A stretch of 64,000 nucleotides of DNA. Origin: the human T2T-CHM13v2.0 reference genome, Homo sapiens. This document shows, piece by piece, positions 14,501 through 27,793 of the stretch (its first letter is position 1; each line of letters begins with the position of its first letter). A program made the position numbers and the translations under genes. The notes under the pieces are model-generated. The model saw only the letters and a list, made by a program, of their open reading frames with translations, did no database searches and was not told the DNA's origin. Where the stretch lies: the NCBI RefSeq assembly GCF_009914755.1, contig NC_060929.1; one strand, written 5' to 3'.

Positions 14501-15963
14501 AGAGGAGAGAGCCCGATCACATTCAGCAGGAGGGCTCTGCTTCAACTCTGGCTCCAAGCATTGAGGTCAAAGCCCAGATAGCATAATGTATAATTTGTGG
14601 CCAAAATTAGTTTCAATCTAAGACATGTTATTAACAAATAATTATATTTTTGATTCACAAAATAATATTTTGGGACAAAGACAAAAATATCCTATGAAAA
14701 ATTAATCTCTGTGGCCCTTGGTATATATACTTGAAAGGATACTGGTGTTCACGGGATGTGGGGAAGAACATGTTCCCACTTATTAAAATTAGTCAATCCA
14801 TTTTAAATATTAACTTGCCTGGTCAATTTTGGAAATAAATTATTCTAAGCCTTCAATTTTGATATTATTTTACCACACTTAAAATAGTGTGTTGCTCCCT
14901 TCCCCTTGAATCTTCTTTTCCCCCCTCCCCCAGTAAAGAAAAAAGCACAGCTTCTTTGTAAGTTTATTGTGATATTTTGTGGGACAATCTTAATTCTCAG
15001 CATCAAACTCAAAGTTATTTAAGGAAGTGGATTCTTTTGAAATTTGTATTCCCAATGACTGCCATGGTGACTGGTTTATTCACACTTTTTGAATAAACAA
15101 AAGACTTATACCACAGCACTTGCTACCACATGCAAATACTTCATCTGACCTCCCATTATACAAGGTAGCAATGGAAATAAACTGCCTTTTAAAAGGTAGA
15201 CATTAATGTGCACTAAGGCATGAATCTTATGGAATAAAAAGTGGTGAATATACAAAAATTTTTTCAATAAACTGGACTTAGGTAAAATAGTTTTAAAATT
15301 ATGATTTTTTAAATCCATAATACACATTCATTAATTTCTTAAGTAATTTGCAACTCTTACTTCTCTTAAGTACAAAGTATTTCCCAAAATGACTATTGGC
15401 TGGAACTTAGATATTTCCCAAGTCAATCTATCTCTGAACACTAAAAAAGTGATCTATCCAAATAAGGCAACACAACTGTTAAGCTCAATAATGAGTGGCA
15501 GAATTCTATTTAATTATTTAAAGTATCATCTATTTATTTTACATTAAAAACCCAAATGAGCAAGTACACAATTAAAAGTGTCATTCAACCGAGGAAGAAT
15601 GGTTGAAAAATTATAGAATTACCCTTATGAAAAAGTATATAAAGCAATATGACATATGTTAGCAATAACTGAACATTAAATATTTTTATTTTATATAAAC
15701 ATTTATTTTTTCAATGACATCTGAGGAAAAAGCTTTAATTTATTTATATACTTAGAAGTAAATCATGGGAGATATTCTTAGTTGGAGTTCCCCCATCCAA
15801 GGTACCCAGGTCCCAGAGATTCAGATTCATTTAAACCAACATTGTGGTCCCATTATCCTTTTATGGAAACTTATTTTTCAGCTAATAAAAATTTATGCAA
15901 GTTAATATAATTTAGGAGTGTAAAATATATCATTGAGAAATTATTTATATTATTTTTAAAATT

Positions 15964-16235
15964 ATTTTTGTTTTTTGAGACAGAGTCTGGCTCTGTTGCC
16001 CAAGCTGCAGTGCAGTGGCAAGACCTTGGCTCATTGCAGCCTCTGCCTCCTGGGCTCAAATAATGCTTGCATCTCACCTTCCCAAGTAGCTGGGATTACA
16101 AGCATACACCACCACATCTGGCTAATTTTTGTATTTTTTGTGGAGGCAGGATTTCACCATGTTGCCCAGGCTGGTCTGTAACTTATGAGTTCAAGACATC
16201 TGCCTGCCTGGACTTCCCAAAGTGCTGAAATTACA
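15964..16235 (-). mobile_element. Alu (AluJ-like), slightly 5'-truncated
   Basis: Dimer with gggctcaa and ttgcccaggctggtct. Confidence 0.9.
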
Positions 16236-16772
16236 ATCTTCACTCAATTTTAATTAAATAATTTATTTCTTTTAAATGATGACAGATTTTAAGATGTTAT
16301 TCTCCTTACCAAAGTCAACCTCATGTGTTGAAAGTCTCTTTTTAAATTTTTTCAAATACTTTATATTTAATTCTCTAAAATGATCAACTGAAGAATCCAG
16401 ATGGACTGTAATAATTTATTCTGTTGTTTGTGTGAGTCACATTTAAAGTTGTTCATTACCATTTTGTCCTTTTACATAGAACATTAAGGAAAGGCATATG
16501 AGGCCCATTGTGACCAAAAAGCTGAATGACTAACCAAGAAATGAATTGTTAATTTCATCAAAGTAATTTTTATAAGTTATACAATCAGTGACAGCCTTAA
16601 CCATCTTTAAAAATAAACCAATCTCTTATGTTTCAGTAGAGTATCTTAAGAAGTAAGTATTGGTAGAAGACACCATCAGTTAACTACTCACTGAAAATTT
16701 CATTTCTCCTAATAAAAGTTTAATTTTGTTTGGGACCCACTCCTGCTCAACATAGCCTACAAATCTCATGGT

Positions 16773-16950
16773 AATAATAATAATAATAATAAGTCTAATA
16801 ACTATGTTACAAACCTCTTATGTATTCCATGTCACTTTTATGTACTTTACATGTAGCTAATACTCACAAAACTCAATGAGACATTATCGTTATCACCAAT
16901 TTACAGAGAGAATGAAGTAAACTGGTAAGGTTTCACAGATAGCAGGTAAC
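16773..16950 (-). mobile_element. MIR with (TAA)n end
   Basis: atactcacaaaactcaatgag...ttatcaccaatttacagag...aaggtttcacagatag. Confidence 0.65.
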
Positions 16951-16999
16951 AAATTTAAGGAGTTTAAGAGTGTAAAATATATATTAAGAAATTATTTAA

Positions 17000-17191
<192 letters not shown>

Positions 17192-17409
17192 TAGCTCAAA
17201 TTTTCACTTATATATAATGATTTAAGTTTAAATTAATAAGTAGATATAGATCTTTTTATTTATATACCAAGGAGGAGGTTTATTTTGTATACCTTCCTTA
17301 GGAGATAGAAGTACAAGTCCTGGAATAAGAATTATGTACATTTTAGGAATCTTAAGGAAGTGTACATCCTCGTACCTGTTTATCACTTGATATATTTTCT
17401 TTTACTTTC

Positions 17410-18035
17410 TCCTTGAAATAAAATTTACATACGATGAAAACCACATATCCTAAGTGTGTAATTTAATGAACGTGGATCAGTGTATACACCTGGTAAACAA
17501 CATCTCAATTATCCTTCATCCTAGATGTGTTTTTTCACATTCTGTTCTAGTCAGCCACCACCCACAGTTGGCCACCGCTGTTCTGATTTCTATCACAATA
17601 GAATAGTTTTTCTATGTCACTTCAGGTATAAGGAATCATATAATATACTTGTAGTATTTGATTTGTTTCACTCAGCATAATGCTTTTGAGATTCATCTAT
17701 GTTGTTTATGTTTCACTAAGTTGTTCTTGTTTATTGCCAAGTAGTATTTTACTACATGAAAATACCTCAAATAATCTTTTTATTATCTTGTTGATGGATA
17801 GACATTTGGGCATTTTCATTTGGGGGCGTTTATGAAAAGAAATTGCTATAAACATCTCCATACAAGTTTTTTTGTGTGTGAAAGTGTTCTCTTATCTCTT
17901 CTCTGAATACCCAGAAATGAAATTGCTGAGTCACATGATAGGTTTGCGTTTAACTTGAAAATAAATTGCCTAATTGTTTGCCAAAGTGATTCCATTGTAT
18001 ACTTCTCATCGGCTATTTATGATGGTTTTAGGTCT
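17410..18035 (-). mobile_element. Old L1 (L1MD/ME) 3' end
   Basis: ttcactcagcataatgcttttgagattcatc; gaaattgctgagtcacatgatagg. Confidence 0.8.
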
Positions 18036-19324
18036 CTGTTTACAATAAAAACACAAAACATGAATATACAGTGCTAAAATGATTATAACTGTTAAGGATA
18101 GCAGAAATTATATGACTATTCAAGATCTGAAAGATATAGTTGACTTGACCACAAAAAGAGTACATATAAATTTCCATAAAATTGCACTCTGATGTAATTG
18201 CCAAGATGAATATTATTAGATGTTCAAAAAGCAATGTTAAGATTTTATAAACCTCCTTGTAATTTTAAAGCTGGCCCATTGCTTTTGCTTTTAGATTTCT
18301 TCTCTGCACAGCTATATTTATTATATTTTAAAATTACATTTTTATTTCTAGGAAATATATTGGGTTGCTTTACTCAAATTCACCCCACTGTCCTATAAAA
18401 CTTAGTATTTTGTGCTCTAAGTACAAAAGACATAGAAAATGCTATAGGTGAAACAAAACAAGTGCATCTTGGATTTTTGCCCTGGTAACAAACTTTTAAA
18501 AATACTTGTAATTATTATTTTAAAAAACATTACATGTTAAAATTTGGTGAAACTACATGGTCTTTATTATAAGCCAGAAATTAATCCAGGATGTATTAAT
18601 TACAAGTCAAATGCATACACTAGTATGAAAAATATATCGGAGAAGAAATTGCATTTAATCACCAGAATCAACAGACTGTGTTTGAAGTGTGAGCTGACTC
18701 CACTTTCCCCATAGCTTTGTTATACATCTGGGAAATAGACCAGCATTCATTATCCACATGGATACTCTTGTACTTGAGTCCTGTGAGAGATTCTCCTGTG
18801 TCAGGAGCACAACTTAACTCTGAAATGTTGGCCAAAATTTGACATAGATTTACCAAATAGTCTCATAATATTAATATCATGTTGACTCTGCAGAAATCTG
18901 CAACTAGACTATGTGAACTTTTTTCTTTTAGATGTCTCAATTTTGAGAAATACATAAAAAGATGAGTGATATTCTTTTAAATATTATTGAGAATTTAATT
19001 GGATTATAGTGGACTAAGACAAGCAAAGTATTTTACTTACAATAATGATCAATGTATATACGTAAGAAATAGTTTTATTAGAAGGAAAAAGTCTTGGCAA
19101 TTTCCTTTGACTATTACTCTCAAGAACTTAATTCTGAAAACTTTTACATTATTATAACAATTTCCTGAAAATTCTTCATGTATGTTATATATCTGGAATA
19201 AAAATTAATATGTTAGACTTCTTGGAGACAAACATAGGCAAAATTATTGTGTATAGAATGCATTTTCTTTCTAGTTTTCTAACTGAAACTAATCAAATGT
19301 GTCATTTGCTTCAGTTTTTTAAAT

Positions 19325-22300
19325 GTTATTTTTAATTGATAGATAATAATTGTATAGATTTACACGGTACAAACTGATGTTTTGGTACATATACGCTTTG
19401 CAGAATGATTAAATAATGCTAATTAATATATCTATCACTTCACATACTTATTTCTTTGTGATGGGAAAATTCAAATCCACTCTTTCCACAATTTTGAAAT
19501 ATACAATATGTTATTATTAACTGTAGTCACAATGCTGTGCAGTAGGACACCAGAACTTATCCTTCCTGTCTAAGTGAAACTTTGTACTCTTTGACCAATG
19601 TCTTCCCTTTCCCTGCATTCTTCCCCCAACCTAGTCTCTGGTAAGCGTCATCCTGCTTTCTACTTCTATGAGTTTGACAATTTTAGATTCCACATATAAG
19701 TGAGATCATGTGGTATTTCCCTTTCTGTGCCTGGCTTACTTCACTTAGCATAATGTCCTCTAGGTATATCCATGTTGTTGCAAATGATAAATATCCTTTT
19801 TCTAAAGGGTGAATAGTATTTCATTATGTGTACATATATATATCACATTTTCTTTATTCCGTTAATGGGCACTTGGTTGTTTCCATATCTTGATTATTGT
19901 GAATAAAGCTTCAATGAACATGGTAGTGCAGATATCTCATTCACACACGGATTGCAATTCCTTGGATATATACCTGGAAGTAGAATTACTGGATTGATCA
20001 GATGGTAGTTCTATTTTTACATTTTTGAAGTACCTCCATAATGTTTTCCAAAATGGCTGTGCTGTTACAATACCACAAACAGTGTACAAGGTTTCCCTTT
20101 TCTCCACATTCTAGCCAACACTTATCTTTCATCTTTTTGATAATAGCCAATATAACAGGTGTGATGTGTTATCTCATTGAGTTTTTAATTTGCCTTCCTC
20201 TGATTTGTGATGTTGAGCACTTTTGTTTTTCATATAGCAGTTGGCCATTTATATGTCTTCTTTTTAGAAATGTTTACTCAGGTCCTTTGTCTATTTTTAA
20301 TAGTGTTATTTGTTTTCTTGTTATTGAATAGTTTGAGTTCCTTATTTATTTTGGATGTTAGCCCTTATTTAATGTGTGATTTGCAAACATTTTCCCAATT
20401 TGTAGATTATCTCTTTGTTGTTTCTTTTGCTGTGCAGAAGCTTTTTGGTTTGAGACACTCCCATTTGTTTATTTTTTGCATTTGTTGCCTTTGGTTTTGG
20501 GGTTATATGTAAGAAATCACTGTCCAGACCCATGTTATGGAGCTTTGTTCCTATGTTTTCAACTAGTGGTTCTAAAGTTTCAGGTATTACATTTAAATTT
20601 GTAATTTATTTTGCATTTATTCTTGTATACAGGGTGAGTATAAGGGTCCCATTTTATTCTTCTGCATGGGATAGCCAGTCTTTCCAACACAATTTCTTAA
20701 AAAGACAGTCCTTTACCCATTGTGTGTTCTTGGCACCTTTGTTGAAAATCAATTGACTGTAGATATCTGGGTTTATTTCTAAACTTTTTATCCTATTCCA
20801 TTGGTCAATGTGCCAGTTTTTATGTCAGTACTATGCTGTTTTGATTAATATAGCTTTGTAGTATAGAAATCAGGTGGCACAATGCCTCCAGGTTTGTTCC
20901 TTTGGGTCAAGATTGCTTCGTTTATTTGGAGTCTTTTGTGGTTCCGTGCAAATTTTAGGATTGTTTTTTCTATTTCTGTGAAGAATTACACAGGCATTTT
21001 GATAGAGATTACACTGAATCTGTAGATTACTTTGGGTCCTATGGACATTTTAACATTAATTCTTCCAACCCATGAACATGGGATATCTTTCCATTCACTT
21101 CTGTCACCTTCAATTTATTTTACCAATGTCTTAGTTTTTAATATACAGATCATTTATTTCCTTAAACTTACTCCTTGGTATTTTTAATCCTATTATAAAT
21201 GGGTTTTTTCGTAATTTATTTTTCAGATAGTTCATTTTTAGTGCATCTAAATGCTACTGATCTTTGTATGTAGATTTTATATCCTGGAACTTGCTGAATT
21301 CATTTATTTTTTTTTTTTTGTGGAACCTTTAGGGTTTTCCATATGTAAGATCATGTCATCAGCAAACAGAAACAATCTCACTTCTTCCTTTCTTACTCAA
21401 ATGCCTCTTACTATTTTTTAAAATTTCCTAATTGTTCTGGCTAGTACTTCCAGTTCTAGCTAGAACAGAAGTGAACAGAAGTGGTGAGAATGGGCATCCT
21501 TTCCTTGATCCAGATCTTAAAGGAAACTCTTCAAATTTTTACTACTGAGTATGATATAAGCTGCAGACTTGTCATATATGGCCTTTATTGCATGGAAATA
21601 CCTTCCTTCTATACCAAGCTTTTATGCCCGATAATACTAGTCCAGATAAAACTAGTTAGTTTATGCTAGTCATATACTAGTTTGGTAGTTTTTTATTATA
21701 AAATGGTATTGAATTCTGTCAAACACTTTTTCTGCATCTATTTAGATGATCATATGGCATTTGACTTTCATTTTGTTAATATGGTGTATCATATTTACTG
21801 ATTTGCATATGTTGAGTCATTCTTACATCCCGGCATAAATTCTGCTTGATCATAGTGAATGATCATTTTAATGGACTGTTAAATATGGTTTGCTAGTATT
21901 TTGTGGAGGAGTTTTGCACCTATGTTCATCAGTGATACTGGCCTATAGTTTTTCTTTTTTCTTGTAGGGTCTTTGGCTTTGGTATCAGGGTAATACTTGT
22001 CTCTTAAAATTAGTTTAGAAGTAATCCCTCCTGTTTCATTTTTATTATTGATTGATTGTAGAGACAGGGTCTCTCTATGTTGTCAAGGCTGGTCTCAAAC
22101 TTCTGGTTTCAAGTAATTCTCCCACCTCATCCTCTCAAATTCCTGGGATTACAGGCATGAGCCACCACACCTGGCCCTACATTTTCATTTTTGAAAGCTT
22201 TTGAGAGGAATTGGTATTAGTTCTTCTTTAAATATTTAGTGGAATTCATCCATGAAGGTATCTGGTCTTGTGCTTTGATGGGAGACTTTTTATTGCAGAT

Positions 22301-22530
22301 TCAATCTCCTTACTCGTTATTGGTCTGTTCATATTTCTGATTTATTTATGATTCAATCTTTGGTAGTGATATATTTGTGAGAATTTATTAATTTATTCTA
22401 GGCTATTCAATTTGCTGGTGTGTAATTGTGCATTGTAGCCTCTTATGATCTGTTGAATTTCTGGGATATCACTTGTAATGTCCATTCTTTTATTTCTCAT
22501 TTTATTTATTTGTGTCTTGTCTCTTTTTTT
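19325..22530 (-). mobile_element. L1MA-type element, 3'UTR plus most of ORF2 (degenerate)
   Basis: L1MA 3'UTR gataataattgtat...ccagaacttatccttcctgtctaa; ORF2 antisense motifs ttttgctgtgcagaagc, ggctttggtatcagggta. Confidence 0.92.
22039..22176 (-). mobile_element. FLAM (left Alu monomer)
   Basis: gtagagacagggtctc...gagccaccacacctggcc inside L1; TSD-like tttcattttt. Confidence 0.85.
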
Positions 22531-22534
22531 CCCC

Positions 22535-23275
22535 CTGTGGTATCTATAAAAGTCAGGGAGCTCAAAGTGCATAAGCTATTTTCAGGAGGGATTGGTAGGC
22601 CTGGAGTTCTTGCTGGAGGGGGAATACTCAGGAAGTGGTATACTCAGAAGCCGAATACTCAGGAAGTGCCAATCTGTGTTTAGAAGCTGCCAGGGTGCTG
22701 CGGTTTGTCTGCTCCTTCAACTCTCCAATGCAAGTTAGTTAGAAGCCAGGCTGTCAAGTTGACACTGGAAGAGTGTGTCATAAACTCCTTCTAGGCAGAA
22801 AAAGGAAGCTGCATGTTTAAGCCCCTTTTCTGCGTTGCTTCCAGCCCCTAGAAGTGCCTGTGTGCCTACATAAAACCGCCATTGTATTCTGTGGTCCATC
22901 TAGAGAGACACATGGGTGCCTAATCTCCTCCACACTCAAAGTTGGTGAATTAAGAGCCAGGCTGTGAATAAACTTAGAGTTAGGGCACTATATGTGTGGT
23001 TCAAACCCTTCACTTCTCAGGGAGAAGCTGGGTGTTGGGAACTCCTTCCAGATTGTATGGTACAGTGGCTGGGGTGGGGCCCATGCCCAAGTGTGCCTCA
23101 GCTTTTCCTACACATTTGAATGGATTTTTTTTAGTTGTTCAATTAGTAGGAGTCTCTTGACTTATTTCTGAATTTCTCTCAGAGGGAATTTGTCTAGGGA
23201 TAGATGTTTATTCAGTGCTTCCATGCATGGGGTGAGAGTCAGGAGCCTCTTATTCTGCCAAGTTGCTGACACCAT
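22535..23275 (-). mobile_element. L1M-type 5'UTR
   Basis: Ends ctgccaagttgctgacacc, the reverse complement of an L1M 5' terminus (gtcagcaagatggc-like); aaacccttcacttctcagggagaagctggg motif. Confidence 0.65.
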
Positions 23276-23669
23276 TCTTTAGTCTTTTCTAGATATTCAG
23301 GTGTATTTTACCACTCTTTATTTCTTCTTCTCAAAATAATTTAAAAATTATATACAGCAGATATATTTAACTATTTTTTGTTTGTTTTAGCTATAAAAAA
23401 TTCCAAATGAAGTTTAGACAATTCTTTAAAATTTTGTAGAAATAGAAAAATATTGTGTGGAGATTTCAGTTTTCGAAGACTTTTGTTTGTAGCTTAACTG
23501 ACATGGGCTTTTCAGGACCTGTGACTAAAAGGAGTTTGTATATGGTTTGTATATAGTGACAAGAGGTCCCGGATAGTTCTAACACAGACAAAATTTGGAA
23601 CATAACTTTGACTTCTTCGCTGTCCTCATTCATCACAAAAATAATAAAATGTACCTTTTAAATCCATCC

Positions 23670-24505
23670 GTTAATTAATTCATTGAACAAATTTATTGAG
23701 CACCTACCGCGTGCCAGTCCTTTTTCTACAAGCTTTGTATATAAATTGTCAGCTTCCATGGATGAGGTGGGATAACAGGTTATAAATAGCATAATTCAGT
23801 AAAATAAATGAGATGACATCTCAGAAAAAAATCATAGGGTGGGGGAGGGGATAGAAGAGTTTGGAAGGACAGTAATTTTATGTAAGATGTTCTGGAAAGG
23901 ATTCTCTGAGGAAGTGATACTTGAGTAAAGACCTGGAGGAGGCAAACAAGTGAGCCTTACAGATATTTGGGGGAAGAGCACTGAAAGGAGAGGAACAGAG
24001 ATTGCAAAATCCCTGAAACAGGGGTGATATCTTAAGTATGAAAGAGCAAGATGATTAGGATGGCTGCACTAAAGTGAACAAGAGTGAAAGGCAGTTTATA
24101 GGGGACCTGCATATATAGGGCCACTTAAAACACCTTGGCTTTTATCTTGAGCCATATTGGAAGCCATTCAAGGGTTTGGGGGTACAGGATTGACAGGATC
24201 TAATTTCTGTGTTTACAAGGTCACTCTGGATAGCCTGAAGGAGGAAGGGCAAACATGGAAGTAGGAAGACCGATTAAGAAATTACAGTAATGGCCAAAAG
24301 GAGAGATAAATGTGACTTGGACAGCGGTAGTAGCAGGGGAACTGATGAGAAGTAGTTGAAATATGCATATGTTTTGAAAGTAAAATATTTGGCAAAGAAT
24401 TTTGCAAAATATTAGCTATGAGGTGTGAAAGAGGGAGAGAACAGTCAATAATACCTACCGTTTTGATTTCAGAAATTAGAAAGAGTTGTCGTTAACTGGT
24501 ATGGC
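23670..24505 (-). mobile_element. L2 (L2a-like) 3' part
   Basis: attcattgaacaaatttattgagcacctac tail; ctctgaggaagtgatacttgag; ggaagccattcaagggttt. Confidence 0.85.
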
Positions 24506-24519
24506 AAATACTTTCCATG

Positions 24520-24870
24520 GCTACTGCCATTTTCCTAATTCAAGCCCTCATAATTTTTCCATAGAGAACTATACAAACTTCCTCATTGTTCTACTGTTGA
24601 CATCTTCCAAACTACTCTCCATAACATCACTAGCTTTTTCCTTCTGAAAACGCAAATCTCTTCTTATCATGCCTGAATGTAAAATCTCAATAGCTTGCAA
24701 GTGCCTGTGGAAGAATACTCAAACTCTGATACGTCTCTAAGCATTTGAACTTACAGTTTCCACTGCAGAGAACAACCTTCTTCCATTCTTTGCTTAGTTT
24801 TTTTATTCTTGTTTAACTCTTTCTTTCAAGAGTCACCCATGGTCCTTGCTCCTCCAGAAAATTTTCATTA
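24520..24870 (+). mobile_element. L2 fragment
   Basis: ctactgccatt...caagccctcat...tctgaaaacgcaaatct. Confidence 0.6.
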
Positions 24871-24990
24871 GTATCTAAAATATATCAGGCAAAAAATGTA
24901 TCATCCTATATTTTACTTTACCTTTCATTATTTTAATTAAAATGTTTTTTGAAAAGTGTAGTTACATGTGATAGGGTATTTGAAAATGCA

Positions 24991-25128
24991 AGCTGGGCAT
25001 GGTGACTCATGTCTGTAATATCAGTACTTTGGGAGGCCAAGGCAAGAGCATTGGTTGAGCTCAGGAGTTTGAGACCAGCCTTGGCAATATAATAAGACCC
25101 CACCCCTATTGAAAAAGAAAAGGAGAAG
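24991..25128 (+). mobile_element. FLAM_C-like
   Basis: Left monomer plus A tail; TSD gaaaatgcaa. Confidence 0.85.
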
Positions 25129-25304
25129 AAAATGCAAATTCTCCCTGCTTACAAGGAAAACCATGAGCTTATTTTTTTAATGAATATTTTCTTGCTATTT
25201 ATAATTTTGTATTTTTACCACTTAACTATGCAATCCTAAACCCTATAATTTTGTTTTGCAATGTTTATAAACTTTATATAAATGACATCATAAATTGAGA
25301 ATTT

Positions 25305-26700
25305 ATATTAGTTATCTAATGCTGCCTAACATATCACCCCATAACTTAGTGATTTAAAGCAACAATAATCATTTATTATCTCTCACAATGTCTGTGGGTT
25401 ATGAATTCAGGAAAAATCCAGTGGGTAAAGTTCTTGTTTGAATTTTTTGTGAGTTTGCAGTCAGAAATTGACTGTGGCTAGAGATATCTGAATGCTTGCC
25501 TAGGGCTGGAGTGTTCAATTTTTATGGTGGGCAAGTAGCTGCTGGCAAATGGCTTTTGCTCCATGTGAGCCTCACCACAGGTTGCCCCTGCACCCTCCCA
25601 CCATGACAGCCAGCTTCCTCCAGAGTGAGCAATGCATTGCCGAAGTAGAAGCCTTCATGTTTTCATTACACAGACTTGAAGTGAAATAAGTTATTATTAT
25701 TATACTCAACTATGTAGGTCTGTCAATAATTTTAATAGTGTGGATATGTGTTCTATTAGTCACATTAGACAACCATCCATGACTCAAGGAAGAAGGATTC
25801 TATTGAGGTGTATAAACACCACAAGGCTAGGATTGTTGCAGTCCATTTTGGGGAAAGCCTATCATAGTTTGCACCCGGACTTCAATAATTTATGTTCTTC
25901 TCACATTCAAGATACTCTCAATTTTTCCAAGGCTCCCAAAAGTCTTATCTTGGCAACAGTTCTAGGTCTAGAATCTTATCATCTAACCCAGATCCAGGTA
26001 CAGATACAACTCCTTGATCGTGTTATCTAGAGTATAGTTTTGCAAGCATAGCTTTTTAAAATCAAGAGACCTATAAAATAGAGATGAGTTATCTGCATCC
26101 CCTTCTGACATACTCTCAATACAAAATGGTGGGGAAAAATTGCATAATTGTTATACTATTCCAAAAAAAAAAAAAAAAACCAAAAACCAAACAAACAAAC
26201 AAACAAACAGAAAAACAAGAGGCACACAGGAGTTGCTGTTCTATAGCGCCTTTAAAATACAGCTGGGCATTGGTTGGAAGTTCCTTGATTAGGACTCAGT
26301 TCTACTGCTCTTTAGTAATGACTCTCCTTAGCTCTTGGCTTTACCTTCTGGGTTCTTGGTTCCACTTTTTCAACTTTTCATTATTCTTCCTTTTTCCTAA
26401 AGGATGGCCCATGTTTACAGGTGAGCAGTTTTCTTAGCCTGCTTTCTGTCTATAGAAGTTTGGGTCCAAGACCTATTTTCAGGTTGAACTGTTTCTGCTT
26501 TTTAAAATCCAAGATAATTGTGTTTACACCAATATAATTCCCCTAAAATCTTTGTAGGTCTCCCATAAATATTTTTGAGTTTATTTTTTTAGATAGAAGA
26601 CAGCATTCACAAATCTCTCCATGAAAACTCTTTCTTTATGTTAGGTTTCTTCTCCCCAGCATTCTTAGCTCTATAGTTTAAAATAGAAGATCTAGATGGC
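25305..26700 (-). mobile_element. MLT1 LTR (~25305-25865) plus MLT1 internal sequence
   Basis: attagttatctaatgctgcc...aacttagtgatttaaagcaac; internal ttcttctcacattcaagatac, aatacaaaatggtgggga. Confidence 0.7.
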
Positions 26701-26714
26701 TCATACTTAAAATC

Positions 26715-27793
26715 TTTTTTTTTTTTTAATGACACTAAGTTCTGGGTTATATGTGCGGAATGTTCCGGTTTGTTACGTAAGTATACACGTGCCATGGTGG
26801 TTTGCTGCACCCATCAACCAGTCACCTACATTAGGTATTTCTCCTAAAGTTATCCCTCCCCTAGCCACCTACCCCCCACAGGCCCTGGTGTGTGATGTTC
26901 CCCTCCCTGTGTCCATGTGTTCTCATTGTTCAACTCCCACCTATGATTGAGAACATGAGATGTTTGGTTTTCTGATCTTGTGATAGTTTGCTGAGAATGA
27001 TGGTTTCCAGCTTCATCCATGTCTCTGCCAGGCTTTGGTATCAGGATGATGCTGGCCTCATAAAATGAGTTAGGGAGGATTCTGTCTTTTTCTATTGATT
27101 GGAGTAGTTTCAGAAGGAATGATACCAGCTCTTCTTTGTACCTCTGGTAGAATTCAGCTGTGAATCTGTCTGGTCCTGGACTTCTTTTTGGTTGGTAGAC
27201 TATTAATTATTGCCTCAATTTCAGAATGTGTTATTGGTCTATTCAGAGATTCAACTTCTTCCTGGTTTAGTCTTGAGATGGTGTATGTGTCCAGGAATTT
27301 ATCCATTTCTTCTAGATTTTCTAGTTTATTTTCATAGAGCTGTTTATAGTATTCTCTGATGGTAGATTGTATTTCTGTGGGATCAGTGGCAATATCCCTT
27401 TTATCATTTTTTATTGCATGTATTTGATTCTTCTCTCTTTTCTTCTTTATTAGTCTTGCTAGCAGTCTATCAATTTTGTTGATCTTTTCAAAAAACCAGC
27501 TCCTGGATTCATTCATTTTTTGAAAGGTTTTTTGTGTCCCTATTTCCTTCAGTTCTGCTCTGATCTTAGTTATTTCTTGTCTTCTGCTAGCTTTTGAATT
27601 TGTTTGCTCTTGCTTCTCTAGTCCTTTTAATTGTGATGTTATGGTGTCAATTTTAGATCTCTCCTGCTTTCTCTTGTGGGCATTTAGTGCTATAAACTTC
27701 CTTCTACATACTGCTTTAAATGTGTCCCAGATATTCTAGTATGTTGTATCTTTGTCTCATTGGTTTCAAAGAACATCTTTATTTTTGCCTTCA
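26715..27793 (-). mobile_element. L1PA7-like 3' segment (3'UTR fused to the ORF2 EN-linker region)
   Basis: Poly-T plus 3'UTR; ORF 27154-27516 encodes the L1 ORF2 peptide [12 protein letters not shown]...[11 protein letters not shown]. Confidence 0.93.

Noticed and set aside
18668-18856. 62-aa ORF in unique sequence with a nearby ccccatAG acceptor-like site
   Set aside because: No recognisable protein, no convincing donor, and a non-ATG start.
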